From Ostrea edulis (Eukaryota): a stretch of DNA of 64,000 bases. Both the position numbers and the translations under genes were made by a program. Every line of letters starts with the position of its first letter. Positions within the stretch are counted from its first letter, which is position 1. The DNA lies in the NCBI RefSeq assembly GCF_947568905.1, contig NC_079172.1:60760001-60824000 (forward strand). Reading direction: 5' to 3'. Below are positions 38,691 to 51,709 of the stretch, piece by piece. The notes under the pieces were generated by a model, which worked only from the letters and a program-made list of their open reading frames with translations, ran no database searches and was not told where the DNA came from.

Positions 38691-39932
38691 AAAAAAAGAA
38701 GAAAAAAAGCCGCCATTAATTATCGGTTGCTCGCTTCAAACTCTCAAAACTTCGGTATTAATCGTGATAATGCATAAAAAAAAATCCCAGTTGAAAGCCA
38801 GAATATTGTTCTGTTTTATAATACAAAACTCGTTTACCTGACTTCACAGGAACTTTGAAAAAATAAGTCTAACTTCTGAGAATTAGGTCGCCGTTGTTAA
38901 CCCTACACCATTTTCTCCATGCAATTTTCCTTCATTACGTTGGATTTTATGCATCCGTCATCCGTTGCAGTCCAACTTGGAATTATCGTTTAAAATATAG
39001 CTACTTGTGGTCACCCTTAATATTTGAATGAATGTTGATCGTCCGTTTCGGCAGATCAGATTCGTTTTCACCAGTTATTAGCCTCTGAGTTCAAACGAGT
39101 CAACCATATTGTAATTGTTCAGCACTGAATGACTGAAGTCAAAAGGTGTAAAATGATTGGGCAATATTAGTACTTTTGCTGCGGATCTTCACCGTATAAT
39201 GTTCGTCTGTTCCGGTTTTGATGAGATTCTACGATCATCAAAGATGTGCATGTGGTAGATTTAACGAATAAATAACTTGATGCCTTCCCAATGCGATGAG
39301 GAGATGTGACACCCCCCCCCCCAATTCCTGACCTAACCAAGTAAGACTATGTTAACTGTGGATCCATCATTTGCGTAGTGACAAGTTGAGGTTCAAGACA
39401 TTTGTATGGAGAATCGTGTACCGTCTGCCTTGCCTGTGACTCGACTGAACGTCTTTTCTAAATTTCTTCTTGCGAAAGAACGGGTTCAAATATATACAGC
39501 TCCAAATTTAACTGTTCATGACTTGTCATGTCTACAGTGCTGCTTATGAAATAAACCGGAAACGACGGTGTGACGTCATAAATTAAACTTCAATGGCCGC
39601 TCTCGTAGCGGCGGGTAATTTAAAAAATATATGATAGATTGATATTGATTTAATCGGTAAGCAAGGATTGTGGTTGTTATTTAAAGATTGTCATTTACGA
39701 TATCAGTAAGTAATACTTCATAAAAGCAAATATGTGGTTAGGATTGCCTTCCCCTTTAACCAACAGTATCGTCGCCTTTTCACTGCTTTTATACATTTCC
39801 TTTTGGTATCTTTTTTAGATCCAACTCTTTAAGAAAGTATGGTTTTGTTGGGGTTTCGTGCAGATAGATACAAATAGAATGTTCTGTCGTTAAAGTGATG
39901 GCCTGTCCCGAGACACAGTTAGACTATTCTAA

Positions 39933-39983
<51 letters not shown>

Positions 39984-40818
39984 AAAGTACACTCCACGCA
40001 AACCCTTGCCCAATATATGTACAGTGTACAAGACAAAAATATACTGGAAATGTAAATTTATATATGTACATGTATTTTACACACCAACACTGTAAATCGA
40101 AATAAATTAAGCTCCAGGGCGATAAAAGTAAGAAAGCTCAGTTTTGACCTTAAGTTTCACTTCTTTTTAAATATTCCTTTCGAAAATATGCTCGTCTAAT
40201 CTTGAAGACCGACAGATAACAGTTATGAAGATAAAAATGTAGAAATATTTTTCATAACTCATATTATCATTCAATATTCATGAACAGGTGCCGAATTCAC
40301 CAAGTGCATATAACATTGATATTAAACCTTGCAACTGGGTACAACAGTATCCCCTAACAACGGATTTCTTGCTCTCTCTACATTCTATCTGTTATTTTGT
40401 AGAAGGCCAAGAATTATTAGGTTAAATCATAAAACCTTCTAATATGAAAAGGTGAAGATCAATCTGATAACTCCTATAAGAAACACAAAATTAAGATTTG
40501 GACAAACACGGATCAGGTGCCTATAGAAGGACTAAGTATCTCCTGTTGATCGGTCACACCCGCCGTGAGCCCCACACTGTATATCTTGATCAGGTAAACG
40601 GAGTAATCCGTAGTAAAAATCAGTGTACAAAGAACGGCCTGACAAAACTAAAAGAAGAAAAGCGTTTTTATTATTCCATTTCAAGCATCAACAATACATT
40701 AATTCAAATTAAAAGTAGTCCAAGAGCAACGCATACCAAACAAGACTTTTGTTACAGTACATATACGTGTAGGTATACATGATATACATTGACCTCCAAG
40801 GTGAGGTAGTTTATACGG

Positions 40819-42680
40819 TGTCAATCCCAGATCTGAGATAGTTTATACGCTGTCAATCCCAGACCTGAGATAGTTTTCACGCTGTCAATCCCAGATCTGA
40901 GATAGTTTTCACGCTGTCAATCCCAGATCTGAGATAGTTTTCACAATGTCGACCCCAGAAATGAAGTAGTTTTTACATATGTACAATGTCAATCCCAGAT
41001 CTGAGATAATTTCACGCTGTCAATCCCAGATCTGAGATAGTTTTCACGGTAACGGGACGTTTCGACTCGGAAGACGTTTCAACCTAGGACGTTTCGACCA
41101 AGGACGTTTCGACCCAATTTTGGGTCGAAGCGTCCCACTTATTTTTTTATATATAACTAAGACGTTTCGACCTCAAAGACATTTCGACCTTAGACGTTTC
41201 GACCCAATAAGATATTTTTTTCCCATAACTGAGACATTTCGACCCTAAAGTCAATTTTTTGTTTTAATTGATAATTGTGAAGTTTCTATCCTAAAGACTT
41301 TTTTACCAAAAATGTGTGATCTTGTGTAAATATATATATCAGCGGCGTAGCTTGGGGAAGATAAATATGGAAGCAGAAAGGGCAGGGGGTTTGATTTAAT
41401 TAAAACTGCTAAAATTCGATGTATGTAAAATGAAAGAAGATATAATCGAATTTTAGTAGTTTTAAGTAAAGTTTTGACAGAATTCAGAAACACATTAGTT
41501 GTTATAACTAGAGTAAATAACGTCTCAAAAAAAAAAAATTACAGATCCAGTCTCGTATATTACAATATTTGTCTCGAAGATTACTAGAACTTGCGTATTG
41601 GACACCGAGTTTATTTAATTTATTGCACTATGATAAATTCAATGAATCAGTTTATTTCTTTCTAAAAGAGGTTTTTTAGCTAATTTCATTATTTTATTAA
41701 TTATTCCACATATAGTTATATACTTCATTTATTCGGACAAATCCACATATAGTTATATACTTCATTTATACGGACAAAATGTACATGTATGTGTCAAAGA
41801 CTCGTAAATTACATTGGGTTTGAATTCAAAACAAGAGTATTTTTAAAGCAATGCTGCAGAAAACTTGGGAATATATTCCCTAGATATGTATCCATCCAAT
41901 AGATGATAATTGTGTTGCTTTTCGTCTGACGGTTTTAGCCTATTTTTAATGAGGAAATCTCACGCTTATGTGAAAACAAGTGTTTAGTAGAATAGTATGA
42001 ATTCAACTTACCAGACATCTCGAATCGTCAAACACTATGGGTGTAACGAAGGTTGTTTGGGGTGACTTTCATATGTATGTGGATGTGTATACATTGATCT
42101 CATCATTATCGTCTCCACGCCAAACACCGCCTCTTAATTATTTTTTAAAGGCTTCGCTTTCGAGTCCACCAATTAGCGCCAACTTTTTCACGTTTGATCA
42201 CAGTTATCCCGCACGCGGCTCTTTGTAGTCACAGCGACAATTAATTATTATAATAATGAATTCCAATGAAGAAATAAGCATTTGTTTTCAAACTTTACAA
42301 AAATCATTATGTAAATCAAAATCCCCATAACTAACAACGCAAGTGGCAAACATTGAAATATATTTATTTAACATCATAGATACATAATACTGACATTCCA
42401 AAATCAATTCATAAATACACATAAAACAATCCCAGTTATATCAATTTAAAAAATTAGGTGAGACGTTTCGACCAATATATTATTGGGTCGAAACGTCTTG
42501 AGGTCGAAACGTCTTGTGGTCGAAACGTCTTAGGTCGAAACGTCTTGGGTCGAAACGTCCCTGAGGTCGAAACGTCCGAAGTCGAAACGTCCCTTGGGTC
42601 GAAACGTCCCGCATTCGTTTTCACAATGTCAATCCCAGATATGAGGTAACTTTCACTATGTTAATCCCAGATATGAGGTG
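40819..42680. repeat. 32-bp minisatellite (40819-41046 and 42618-42680) split by the TIR element
   Basis: tgtcaatcccagatctgagatagttttcacgc. Confidence 0.85.
41047..42617. mobile_element. Non-autonomous TIR element with inverted arrays of GACGTTTCGAC and 6-bp TSD (TTTTCA)
   Basis: About 8 motif copies at each end in opposite orientation; TTTTCA at 41041-41046 and 42618-42623; the flanking 32-bp minisatellite resumes after it. Confidence 0.8.
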
Positions 42681-42695
42681 TTTGGACACAGGAAG

Positions 42696-43340
42696 TTAAA
42701 TAATGTGCGGATAATCCTTCAGGTAGCTCTTGAGGGGCCTAGGGATTGGTAACTTATCCATGCTGTTCAATACCTTTGTCCTGTTCTGGGTTTTCGGTAG
42801 ATTTCTGTTTATTGACAACCGACACAGATGTTTCAGATCCGAGACGCAATTCAGTTTGGGTTTCTGCAATACTATCGGCAAGTCCCTTTTCCCCGAGCTT
42901 TCTAGCCATCTACCTGCTTTACTTTTCCCCATCTGTGTCATACGAGCGTAGAAGTCCACCAAACCCACTGCACTGTCGAATGTCGGCATCTTTACACGAC
43001 TACTTTCGTCACAGTCCATTCGAAACTTGCCCTTGCGATAAAGAATTCTCACACTGGTAGCATCCCTACCTGTTTTGACACTTAGCGAATATAAATACCT
43101 AGAATCGGAGCTGTCCCTGATTAGAAAAGTCCCTTCTGTTTCCTTCTGTAGTAGACATTTTGCGTCCTTACGTGTGAAATGTTCGTAATACCACCCTGTC
43201 TGTGCTAACGACTCTGCCGTTCTAATCTGGATAGTCATGTCTTTTGCACAATAATAGGCTGGGTCTCTTACAGTCTTACTTTGTTTTGACTCACACGGGT
43301 CATCCTGAGGCCTGCCGTTCATAACAATATTATTCATCAT
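42696..43340 (-). CDS. SOCS2: Suppressor of cytokine signalling, SOCS2/CISH-like (single coding exon, 214 aa)
   Basis: SH2 domain (GWYY...GTFLIRDSSDSRYLYSLSVKT) and C-terminal SOCS box (LKHLCRLSINR...LPIPRPLKSYLKDYP); short N-terminus; in-frame stop just upstream of ATG 43340. Family is secure; the subfamily symbol is tentative. Confidence 0.85.
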   Translation of the reverse strand: MMNNIVMNGRPQDDPCESKQSKTVRDPAYYCAKDMTIQIRTAESLAQTGWYYEHFTRKDAKCLLQKETEGTFLIRDSSDSRYLYSLSVKTGRDATSVRILYRKGKFRMDCDESSRVKMPTFDSAVGLVDFYARMTQMGKSKAGRWLESSGKRDLPIVLQKPKLNCVSDLKHLCRLSINRNLPKTQNRTKVLNSMDKLPIPRPLKSYLKDYPHII

Positions 43341-45604
43341 CAACAACTTTTACGTCCCCTTGTCTGAATCTGACTGTGAATGGATTTACAGAGCATATGT
43401 CTCGCAAATGGCTCTTGGGGCAATATCTAATTTTTTGGTTAACGCCCACAAAATCCATTTCTCCTGCGATTGGTCGTATGACACCTGCCAATCAATCAGA
43501 AGACAATAGCCCCTAATTATATGATATGAGTGTCCAAGCGCTACCTGCCAACCACGGGATCTGTGTTTTTAATCACCCATACCGACGCCATAACCTTTCA
43601 AGTGCCGCTAGGTATTACTCCAAATTAAAATAATTATTGAGAACTTAATTCTGTATCGTAGTAAATAACAATCAATACCAAATAGAGAAAACTTAAGAAT
43701 AACGACATTTATGAAATTGTAATAAAGCATTTTATTGTTCACCTTATAATTCAATTTGGAACATCGGGAATGTGTAGACATTTGATTATGATTTTAAGTA
43801 ATCGTTCATGAAATCCAAACTGAGTATTTCTAAAGGTCATGTACACTGTATCAAATCTTCATCCTCAAGACCATACCAGAATTTCCACAATTTTTTTTTT
43901 ATTTTGAATTACACTATAGGATCAAAACGTAAACTACTGAATATTGAAGTAATCGCTAATTTTCATAACAATGTTAAGAGAATATATAACCAGAACAAAC
44001 CTTGTGTTCGTATGAAGTTTTAAAACCTAAAGTTGGAGTTAAACAAGGCGATAATCTAAGTCCTAACTTATTTTAGATATTTATCAATGACATTTCTAAC
44101 TCACTGGTTTTAAAACTATCACATGCAGGTGGTATTTCTTTTCTCTGCGACAGCAAAAGGAATTCATATCAAAACTTGGTAAATTAAACACCTGCTGTAA
44201 GGATTAGTGTTTGAAAGTTAATCCGACAAAGAAAAAAGTTCTAATATTTTAGAAATGCATATATTTTTTCCTGATAAAACAAATCTAAAAAAAAAATATG
44301 ATGTAAATATTGCACTTCAGCACGAAATTGAGTGATTTTGATGCTAGGTCTTAATCGTTTACCCAAAACAAATTATATAACAAGGCTCTCATAACATACC
44401 ACAAATTATGCTAAATAAATTTCCGCTAAGTACAAAAATTGCATGTATGCTTTTCAGTCTATTTTGTTGTATTTTTCAGATACATGGGCCATTATGGGGA
44501 GTCTTTAGCCAACTCATAGAGCAGCTGGAGATCCTCTATCAGAAACACACTCTAATGTGTGGATTCCTAGTGAAAAATTATTGTCCTGTTCTTATAATAT
44601 GGGACGAAATATAAAATTATAGGAGATCATTTGCTAAAGTTTCTACAGAAAGAATAAACGCTGACATTACGATAACTTTTAATAGAAGACCAACAACTAA
44701 ATCAACAAATATGTTAAAAATTCACAAAAATTCAATTCCCCAGTATTCAAAAGAAATTTGCCCAGATATCCGCAGAAATATATCAGCATATAATACCCAC
44801 GATTCTATCGATTTTGCCTTGAAGTATATAAAAATTCATTTATTTTCGATAGTTAGAAAATGGATTTTTTTTTGGGCTCAGAAATAAGGGATAAAACTTC
44901 AATTGATAGATAAAAAAATCGCATTGAAAAAAACTCCCTCGAAACCACTTTTTATTTATTTAATCAGCGATATCTTAATATTATTCATACCAAACATTCT
45001 TGGATTTGAAATAATGACCTTTATTGTGACAACATTTATTGCCTCTCCAAACAGTATATTATGTGGTCATCTTGATTTTTACATGTATAATTAAATAATA
45101 ACTTCTTCCAGATTAGTACTGTATAATGAAATAGGATAGGATACTCTATTACACTGAGAAGTTTGCAGTATATAATTTTACAAAGTAGCGTTAACATATT
45201 CAGTTAAACAATAATTATTCAGTAATTTGATGGGATTGAGCAGTAGGGTTAGCATATATGAGCCCTCTCCCTTAACATATTGACATTGCTTCACGACATC
45301 TTTATGAGATTCTGAAATAATTTTTTGGGGGTTACATCTTGCATAGTCCAGGAAGACACTCCATGGAAGAGAAGGACAATGTGAGGCGTCACCCTGGTGT
45401 TTCTTTTTGCAATGTTTGTTTTCAGTAATCGTTCAATTGGCTTAAAATCGTTCACTAATATTTCACATTTAGCCGTTTCAAAAATCTGTGATTGATTAAA
45501 ATGCTTATCAAATGCAAACCACGATTTGTGGCATAATTATAATCAAAGTTTACAGTCTGATAATCAGATTAAATACAAAATGTCGGTAGGGTGTTACTCC
45601 TCAC

Positions 45605-45755
45605 CTGCTTATCGGGTAATTTAGTCGTTGACACGACTCCGTAAGTGCTAATTACATCATTATATGGTTTAGATCAAGGTAACACTTATTCGGATCTGGC
45701 CACGCCTACTTCTCAGATGCTCAATTCCAGGAACTGCGCGCGCTGTTTTCAGAAA
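45605..45755 (-). promoter_or_regulatory. Candidate SOCS promoter and non-coding first exon with STAT (GAS) site
   Basis: TTCCAGGAA at 45725-45733, flanked by TTCTCAGAT (45710) and TTTCAGAAA (45747); TATA-like element near 45660; strong minus-strand donor CAG|GTGAGG at 45604. Confidence 0.45.
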
Positions 45756-47452
45756 TCTAGAGTAAATTCCCTACAATGAGCGATCTGGCTTTAAAGTAAC
45801 ATTAGCTCTAAATCTGAAAATTTAATTTTGTGAGTTTAAACATATTTTATTGAGAAACTCAATAAGATCGGGCAACAGGCATAACCTTTATAGGCCCTCT
45901 CCCAAATATAAAGGTCAAGTACAAAGATAAGATTGACAACAGGATTATTTGAAGATATGACAATATTGTAATGAGGTTCACATGAAAATAGTTGATACCA
46001 GTTTTGCTGAATTTTACTATGGAATGATTTTTATAGATCAACATGTTCTACACATGCACACATACACCTACAAAATCCTCCACCTACAGTCACACACATA
46101 CATATAACATAGATCAATATAAGTTTTATTTTGTTGTAAAATGTGCTATTATGATTGTTTTGTACGTAACTTTAACCACAGTAATTGATAAAATTAAAAC
46201 TAAGTTTAAGATTTGATTTCTGTTCTATTGAATATAAATAGCATTATATAGAAATCCAGTTTTGTACGGGAGCCTCTGGATAGGTACTCGAGAAAGTTTA
46301 CCAACATATACTAAGACCCATATCACGACCGTGCGATTACTGAAAAAGTAGATGGAGCTTAATCCAAACAAATTTTATTTACCATATACCTGGAGTGCCC
46401 AGGGCCTACCTAGGTGTTCATATTGCTATATACAAAGAAATACACAGGCAATATCATGTGTTAGAATCTGCCTGTCCATGGTTGAGGAATAAGATCAAAT
46501 CTATCTTTGAATCATGAATTTGATCAAAAAGTATTAGATACCAGATCAGGATCAGAGGTTATTTACATTTAAAAAAAAATATACTTCCTATTATTTTTAG
46601 TATACACGTATATAAATGCCTTATTTAATATCAAAGTACTGAAAGTACTGATGGGAGTTGATTTTATGTAGATTTGCACCAGGGGCTTCAGGGATTGAGA
46701 GTTATTTCAAAATGAAAAAAAAAAAGATAGAGAAGTATCCTCAAAAGTCTTAGACTTAACGTATAAACGTATGTTATGTTTCTGTAACAATTAAAGTGCA
46801 GTTATTTATGTTACATACAAATAGACACTGGTAAGTTAACACCTTGTCTGGCTTGTACTTTCCAACATATCATATACTTTTAGAATGGCTCATTTTTGTC
46901 AAAATATGTCACTACATTGATATTCTAGCACAAGAACATGTTTGGAAAACTCGACACAAAACTTAATCATTCTTGGGTTTTTGCAAATTAATTCTTAAAT
47001 TTTTTCTCTACAACTCATCTTAAAGATTTACATGACTTACACAACTAAACAATTCCTCATTGCATAAAGTGTAAGAATTTGTACTTAAACCTCAGGCATT
47101 ACATATCCTTTATCTTTAAAATTGTCTATGATCTTACTAAAGATTTGCAATTCATTTCCTATAAAGCTCTGTGCAAACATCTAAGAAAATCCACACTACG
47201 CACATATAACAAATGACAGTGAAATATTCAATCAGCAAAAATAGCCATATGGTCTTAATTTTGCGCATGTGAAAAGGTGAAGAGAACGAACAGTGATCAA
47301 TCTCATAACTCCTATAGGAGTTTTACGAAGAGGCTTACTTTTACAATCGACGGCTGACTTTTACAATTTAAAGGGGACAACTCCAAATATGAAAAATTTG
47401 GGAGTGGTATTTGCAAAATTCAAAGACTTTATGGCATTCAGTTGTTGTATAT

Positions 47453-47693
47453 TATTTAATGCCCCACTCGATAATTTCTCACTCATATGGAGATTGCCGG
47501 TGAAGGGCTGCAAAAGTTAGGCCTATGCTCGGTGCTTATGGCCTTTGTGCAGGGAGGGACCTTTATCGTGCCACACCTATTATGTCATAGGGCCTCAGTT
47601 TTCGGGTATCATCCAAAGGACCGCCCCATTTAGTCGCCTCTTACAACAAGCAAGGGATACTGAGGACCTATTCTAACTCGGATCCCTACAGGG
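47453..47693 (-). mobile_element. SINE-like family A (plus a + strand 3' fragment at 47742-47814)
   Basis: Collinear with other copies. Confidence 0.75.
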
Positions 47694-48737
47694 TACTGCA
47701 TTTCCGACAAGCATATGTCAAAAGCTTGTATAGATAATGAACGGCAATAGTGACATCTCCATATATGAGTAAAAATTCTCAAGAGGGACGTTAAACAATA
47801 TTCAATCAATCAATGTGTGTTGTGTTGTGGGGGTGGGGGCGATTTTCATGTTTCGAGTGATTTAAACCTATATTTGTACATCTACTAATTTAAGTAATTT
47901 ATGCGTTTACCCGATCAAGACATAGGGCTCACAGCAGGTGTGCCCGGTCGACAAGGAAGGCTTACTCCTTCTAGGCACCTGTCCCACTTTTAGTATGTCC
48001 AGGGGTCAATGTATGCCCAACTCTTTATTTTGTATTCCTTGTGGGAATTGTGAGATTGATCTCTGTTCGTTATCTTCACATTTCATGTGTATGTGTAATT
48101 CAAACTTGGGTGTCATGAATTTGTGGTAAAAAGGGGAAACAATAAATCAAGTAAAACTGAGTTACCACAAATATGATTGATTCTACAGTGTATATTGATA
48201 TACATGTATATACAATTTACACATGACTTATTGTCTTCACATTTAAACCTAGTGCTTCAACAAGAAAGAGAGGGGTACTAGGACGTAGCATTGTATTTTT
48301 AAAATTAGGGGAAGCTATGAAAAAATATATCTCGACAAGCCTACCCCCCCCCAACTTTTGGGTCTGGTACAGAGCTGGCGTCAAAAGTGTGTGCGTGGGA
48401 GGGGGTTGCTCGATCTGTTCCTGGGGAAGCCAGGAACCCAATATGTAATACAGTGTATATAGAGAACTTTTACCGTTTCAGGTCTGATGACACATTATTT
48501 AGAAATGTCAGGATAACTTGAGTTACACTGAACGCACTGTGGTATACTTATATGATGTACTGTAAAGTTCAAACACTCTTTCTTGTTATGACATTTTCTG
48601 AGTCCCTTTATGCATTTCTCAGCTCGTCATTCGCAGTTAACAAAATTACATATGAAAATCGATAAATTTAACTTAATTAAAAATTGAAACGAGTAATGCA
48701 TTGCGAAAGTGTCGAACAAATGTAGAAGGAATAAGGC

Positions 48738-48992
48738 TGGTTGTATATTGTTTAACGTCCTCAAGAATACTTCACTCATATGGAGACGTCACCGTTGCCG
48801 GTGAAGATCGAGCTGCAAATGTAGACTTATGCTTGGCATTTATGACCTTTGAACAGGAAGGGATCTTTATCGTGCCACACCTGCTGTGACACGGGACCTC
48901 GATTATTGCAGTCTCATCCAAAGGACCACCCTATTTAGTGGCCTCTTATGACAAGCAAGGGTATTGAGGACCTATTCTAACCCGGATCCCCA
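48738..48992 (-). mobile_element. SINE-like family A
   Basis: Collinear with other copies. Confidence 0.75.
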
Positions 48993-49736
48993 AGAGTTGC
49001 CAAAGAGTTTATAATACTATATCAATAAACATAATTGTCGGTTTTGGTGCTTTTACTAAAGCAGTCTGTATATTTATTTCGGTCCAATTTCTTTAGTTGG
49101 GGTTGATCCCTTTGAATTGTAAAAGTCAGCCGTCGATTGTAAAAGTAAGCCTCTTCGTAAAACTCCATTATGAATATAAAATTAAGAGTTGGAAAACCAT
49201 GGAGCTCTGTACATATCAGAGGTTGGATCAGGTGCCAGGGAGGAGTAAGCATCACCTGTTGACCGGTCACACTCGCCATGAGCCGTATATCTTGATCAAA
49301 TAAACGCACAGGTGCTTTAAGTACAGGACTTCAGGCTCTCTTTCCCTTCTTTTATTTTTTGAATGATATTTCGGGTGTTTTTTCGACAAAAATAGTTTAA
49401 ACTTGAGTGTTTTTATTTAAATGGAATACACAAATCTCGCATAGAAACCTTTTTTCTATAATATTGTAAGAGAGAGGAAATTTAATTTCAAGTTGAAAAA
49501 AAAAATTGTGTGATGATGGGATTGGAACAGGGGACCTCTTGATTTGGTGTCGAGGTCGTTACCTATTGACCATTTCATTTTAAGTGTTGACATATTGGGT
49601 GAAATTATGTAACATGAAATGATAAGCTTATGAGGTTTGGAAATATAGGATTTATTTGTAATCATTTCTTATTTTCATTATTTGTTGAAAATTATTTCGG
49701 GTTATGTTATATAAAGAAAACTTTTAACATAAAACT

Positions 49737-50712
49737 AATTGTGCTATCTTTGGGTTACCTCATTGTGTTGTTTTTGTGCTACCTCATTGTGCTGTCTTTG
49801 TGTACCTCATTGTGCTGTCTGTGTTACCTCATTGTGCTGTCTTTGTGTACCTCATTGTGCTGTCTTTGTGTTACCTCATTGTGCTGTCTTTGTATTACCT
49901 CATTGTGTTGTTTTTATGCTACCTCAATGTGCTGTCTTTGTATTACCTCAATGTGCTGTCATTGTGTTACCTCAATGTGCTGTCTTTGTATTACCTCAAT
50001 GTGCTGTCTTTGTATTACCTCAATGTGCTGTCTGTGTTACCTCAATGTGCTGTCTTTGTATTACCTCAATGTGCTGTCTTTGTATTACCTCAATGTGCTG
50101 TCTGTGTTACCTCAATGTGCTGTCTGTGTTACCTCAATGTGCTGTCTTTGTATTACCTCAATGTGCTGTCTGTGTTACCTCAATGTGCTGTTGTTGTGTT
50201 ACCTCAATGTGCTGTCTTTGTATTACCTCAATGTGCTGTCTTTGTGCGACCTCAATTTGCTGTCTGTGTTGCCTTAATGTGCTGTCGTTGTGTTACCTCA
50301 TTGTGCTGTCTGTGTTACCTCAATGTGCTGTCTTTGTATTACCTCAATGTGCTGTCTGTGTTACCTCAATGTGCTGTCTGTGTTACCTCAATGTGCTGTC
50401 TGTGTTACCTCAATGTGCTGTCTTTGTATTACCTCAATGTGCTGTCTGTGTTACCTCAATGTGCTGTCTGTGTTACCTCAATGTGCTGTTGTTGTGTTAC
50501 CTCAATGTGCTGTCTTTGTATTACCTCAATGTGCTGTCTTTGTGCGACCTCAATTTGCTGTCTGTGTTACCTTAATGTGCTGTCGTTGTGTTACCTCAAT
50601 GTGCTGTCTGTGTTACCTCAATGTGCTGTCTGTGTTACCTCAATGTGCTGTCTGTGTTACCTCAATGTGCTGTCTTTGTATTACCTATATGTGCTGTCTT
50701 TGTGTTACCTCA
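49737..50712. repeat. 22/24-bp minisatellite (source of the spurious Cys/Leu-rich ORFs)
   Basis: gtgctgtctttgtgttacctcaat. Confidence 0.95.
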
Positions 50713-50894
50713 ATATTTTGTCTTTATTAGGGCACCTGTCATATAGCAGGGCCCTAATAAAATGATCTAAAGAGTGTAGTTCATCATCATCACCATTAGA
50801 CATAATAATAATCCTCTCGTGGATAAAAAATATTTCAATCTATTAAAGTATAAAATAGATTTTTCTGATGATTTTAAATTCTACATCATATATG

Positions 50895-50948
<54 letters not shown>

Positions 50949-51709
50949 AACAATAAAACTGTCAAGAGGAATAGATAGTGTACAAAGTGATTTATTTTCC
51001 ATGGAGCTATATACATAGTGAATAATGGATGTACATGTATTCTCTGTGATTGGTTAAAAAATTCCCTGACACCAGCAGTGAATACGCAACACTACAGTAC
51101 AAATCAAATCTTTGGTCTAAAACATTACAGCTCTCTATTATGACCGTCCCTAAGTTTTCAGCCCTGTTTGAGCATTTGCATGACATGCTTCTGTGTGTGT
51201 TCATAAGTCTATATAGAAATTTACTACAGCTTAGACTTCATAGTAATCTTCCACAAAAGACAGGTTTAATGACTGGCAACAGGTGATCGACCAGTGGAAG
51301 TCGTTGGCGGATGAGATCTACAATTCTTCAGTCATTGTGCAGAGAGATAGCTGAAGGATAAGGTTCTGATGATCTTACAATTAGATTTAGGGAACCTTGA
51401 GAAAGGTTTATGGTCTCTCAGGGCTTTTGTATAAATCATACAATTCCACATGTTCAGAAATTTCCTCAGGAAAGTTATAGATGGTAAATCAGCGGAGCAT
51501 TGGCAGTAAAGATGATGTTGACAACAATGAAGGTAGGCCTTGTGAATGAACTATTTTCTACGAATTTGATCCAGAGACAATATAAACACTGGACATCTTG
51601 ATCCAACAGCTCAAGTTTACAGAGAGCACCTATGTTATCTGATATAGTTTGGGAGTTTGAATCAGGTCAGCCTATAAATAACATTGGGGTTTTCCGCAGT
51701 CCTAAGGCT

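Larger units (their letters stand above)
47317..49166. mobile_element. Non-autonomous TIR element (about 60-85 bp TIRs) with nested SINE-like copies
   Basis: GGAGTTTTACGAAGAGGCTTACTTTTACAATCGACGGCTGACTTTTACAATT at 47317 and its reverse complement ending 49166; it splits a family-B repeat. Confidence 0.7.

Noticed and set aside
38700-39760. Decayed two-gene DNA transposon (YIFEP-like remnant, CCCCT|TTAA terminus at 39755, possibly Kolobok)
   Set aside because: Multiple stops and no matching left terminus found, so too weak to call
42696-43346. SOCS as a processed retrocopy
   Set aside because: The frame is intact, there is no poly(A) or TSD, and a plausible upstream non-coding exon exists; a single coding exon alone is not diagnostic
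49630-50765. Long Cys/Leu/Val-rich ORFs (215-329 aa)
   Set aside because: They arise in all three + frames from a 22/24-bp minisatellite with frame-shifting unit lengths
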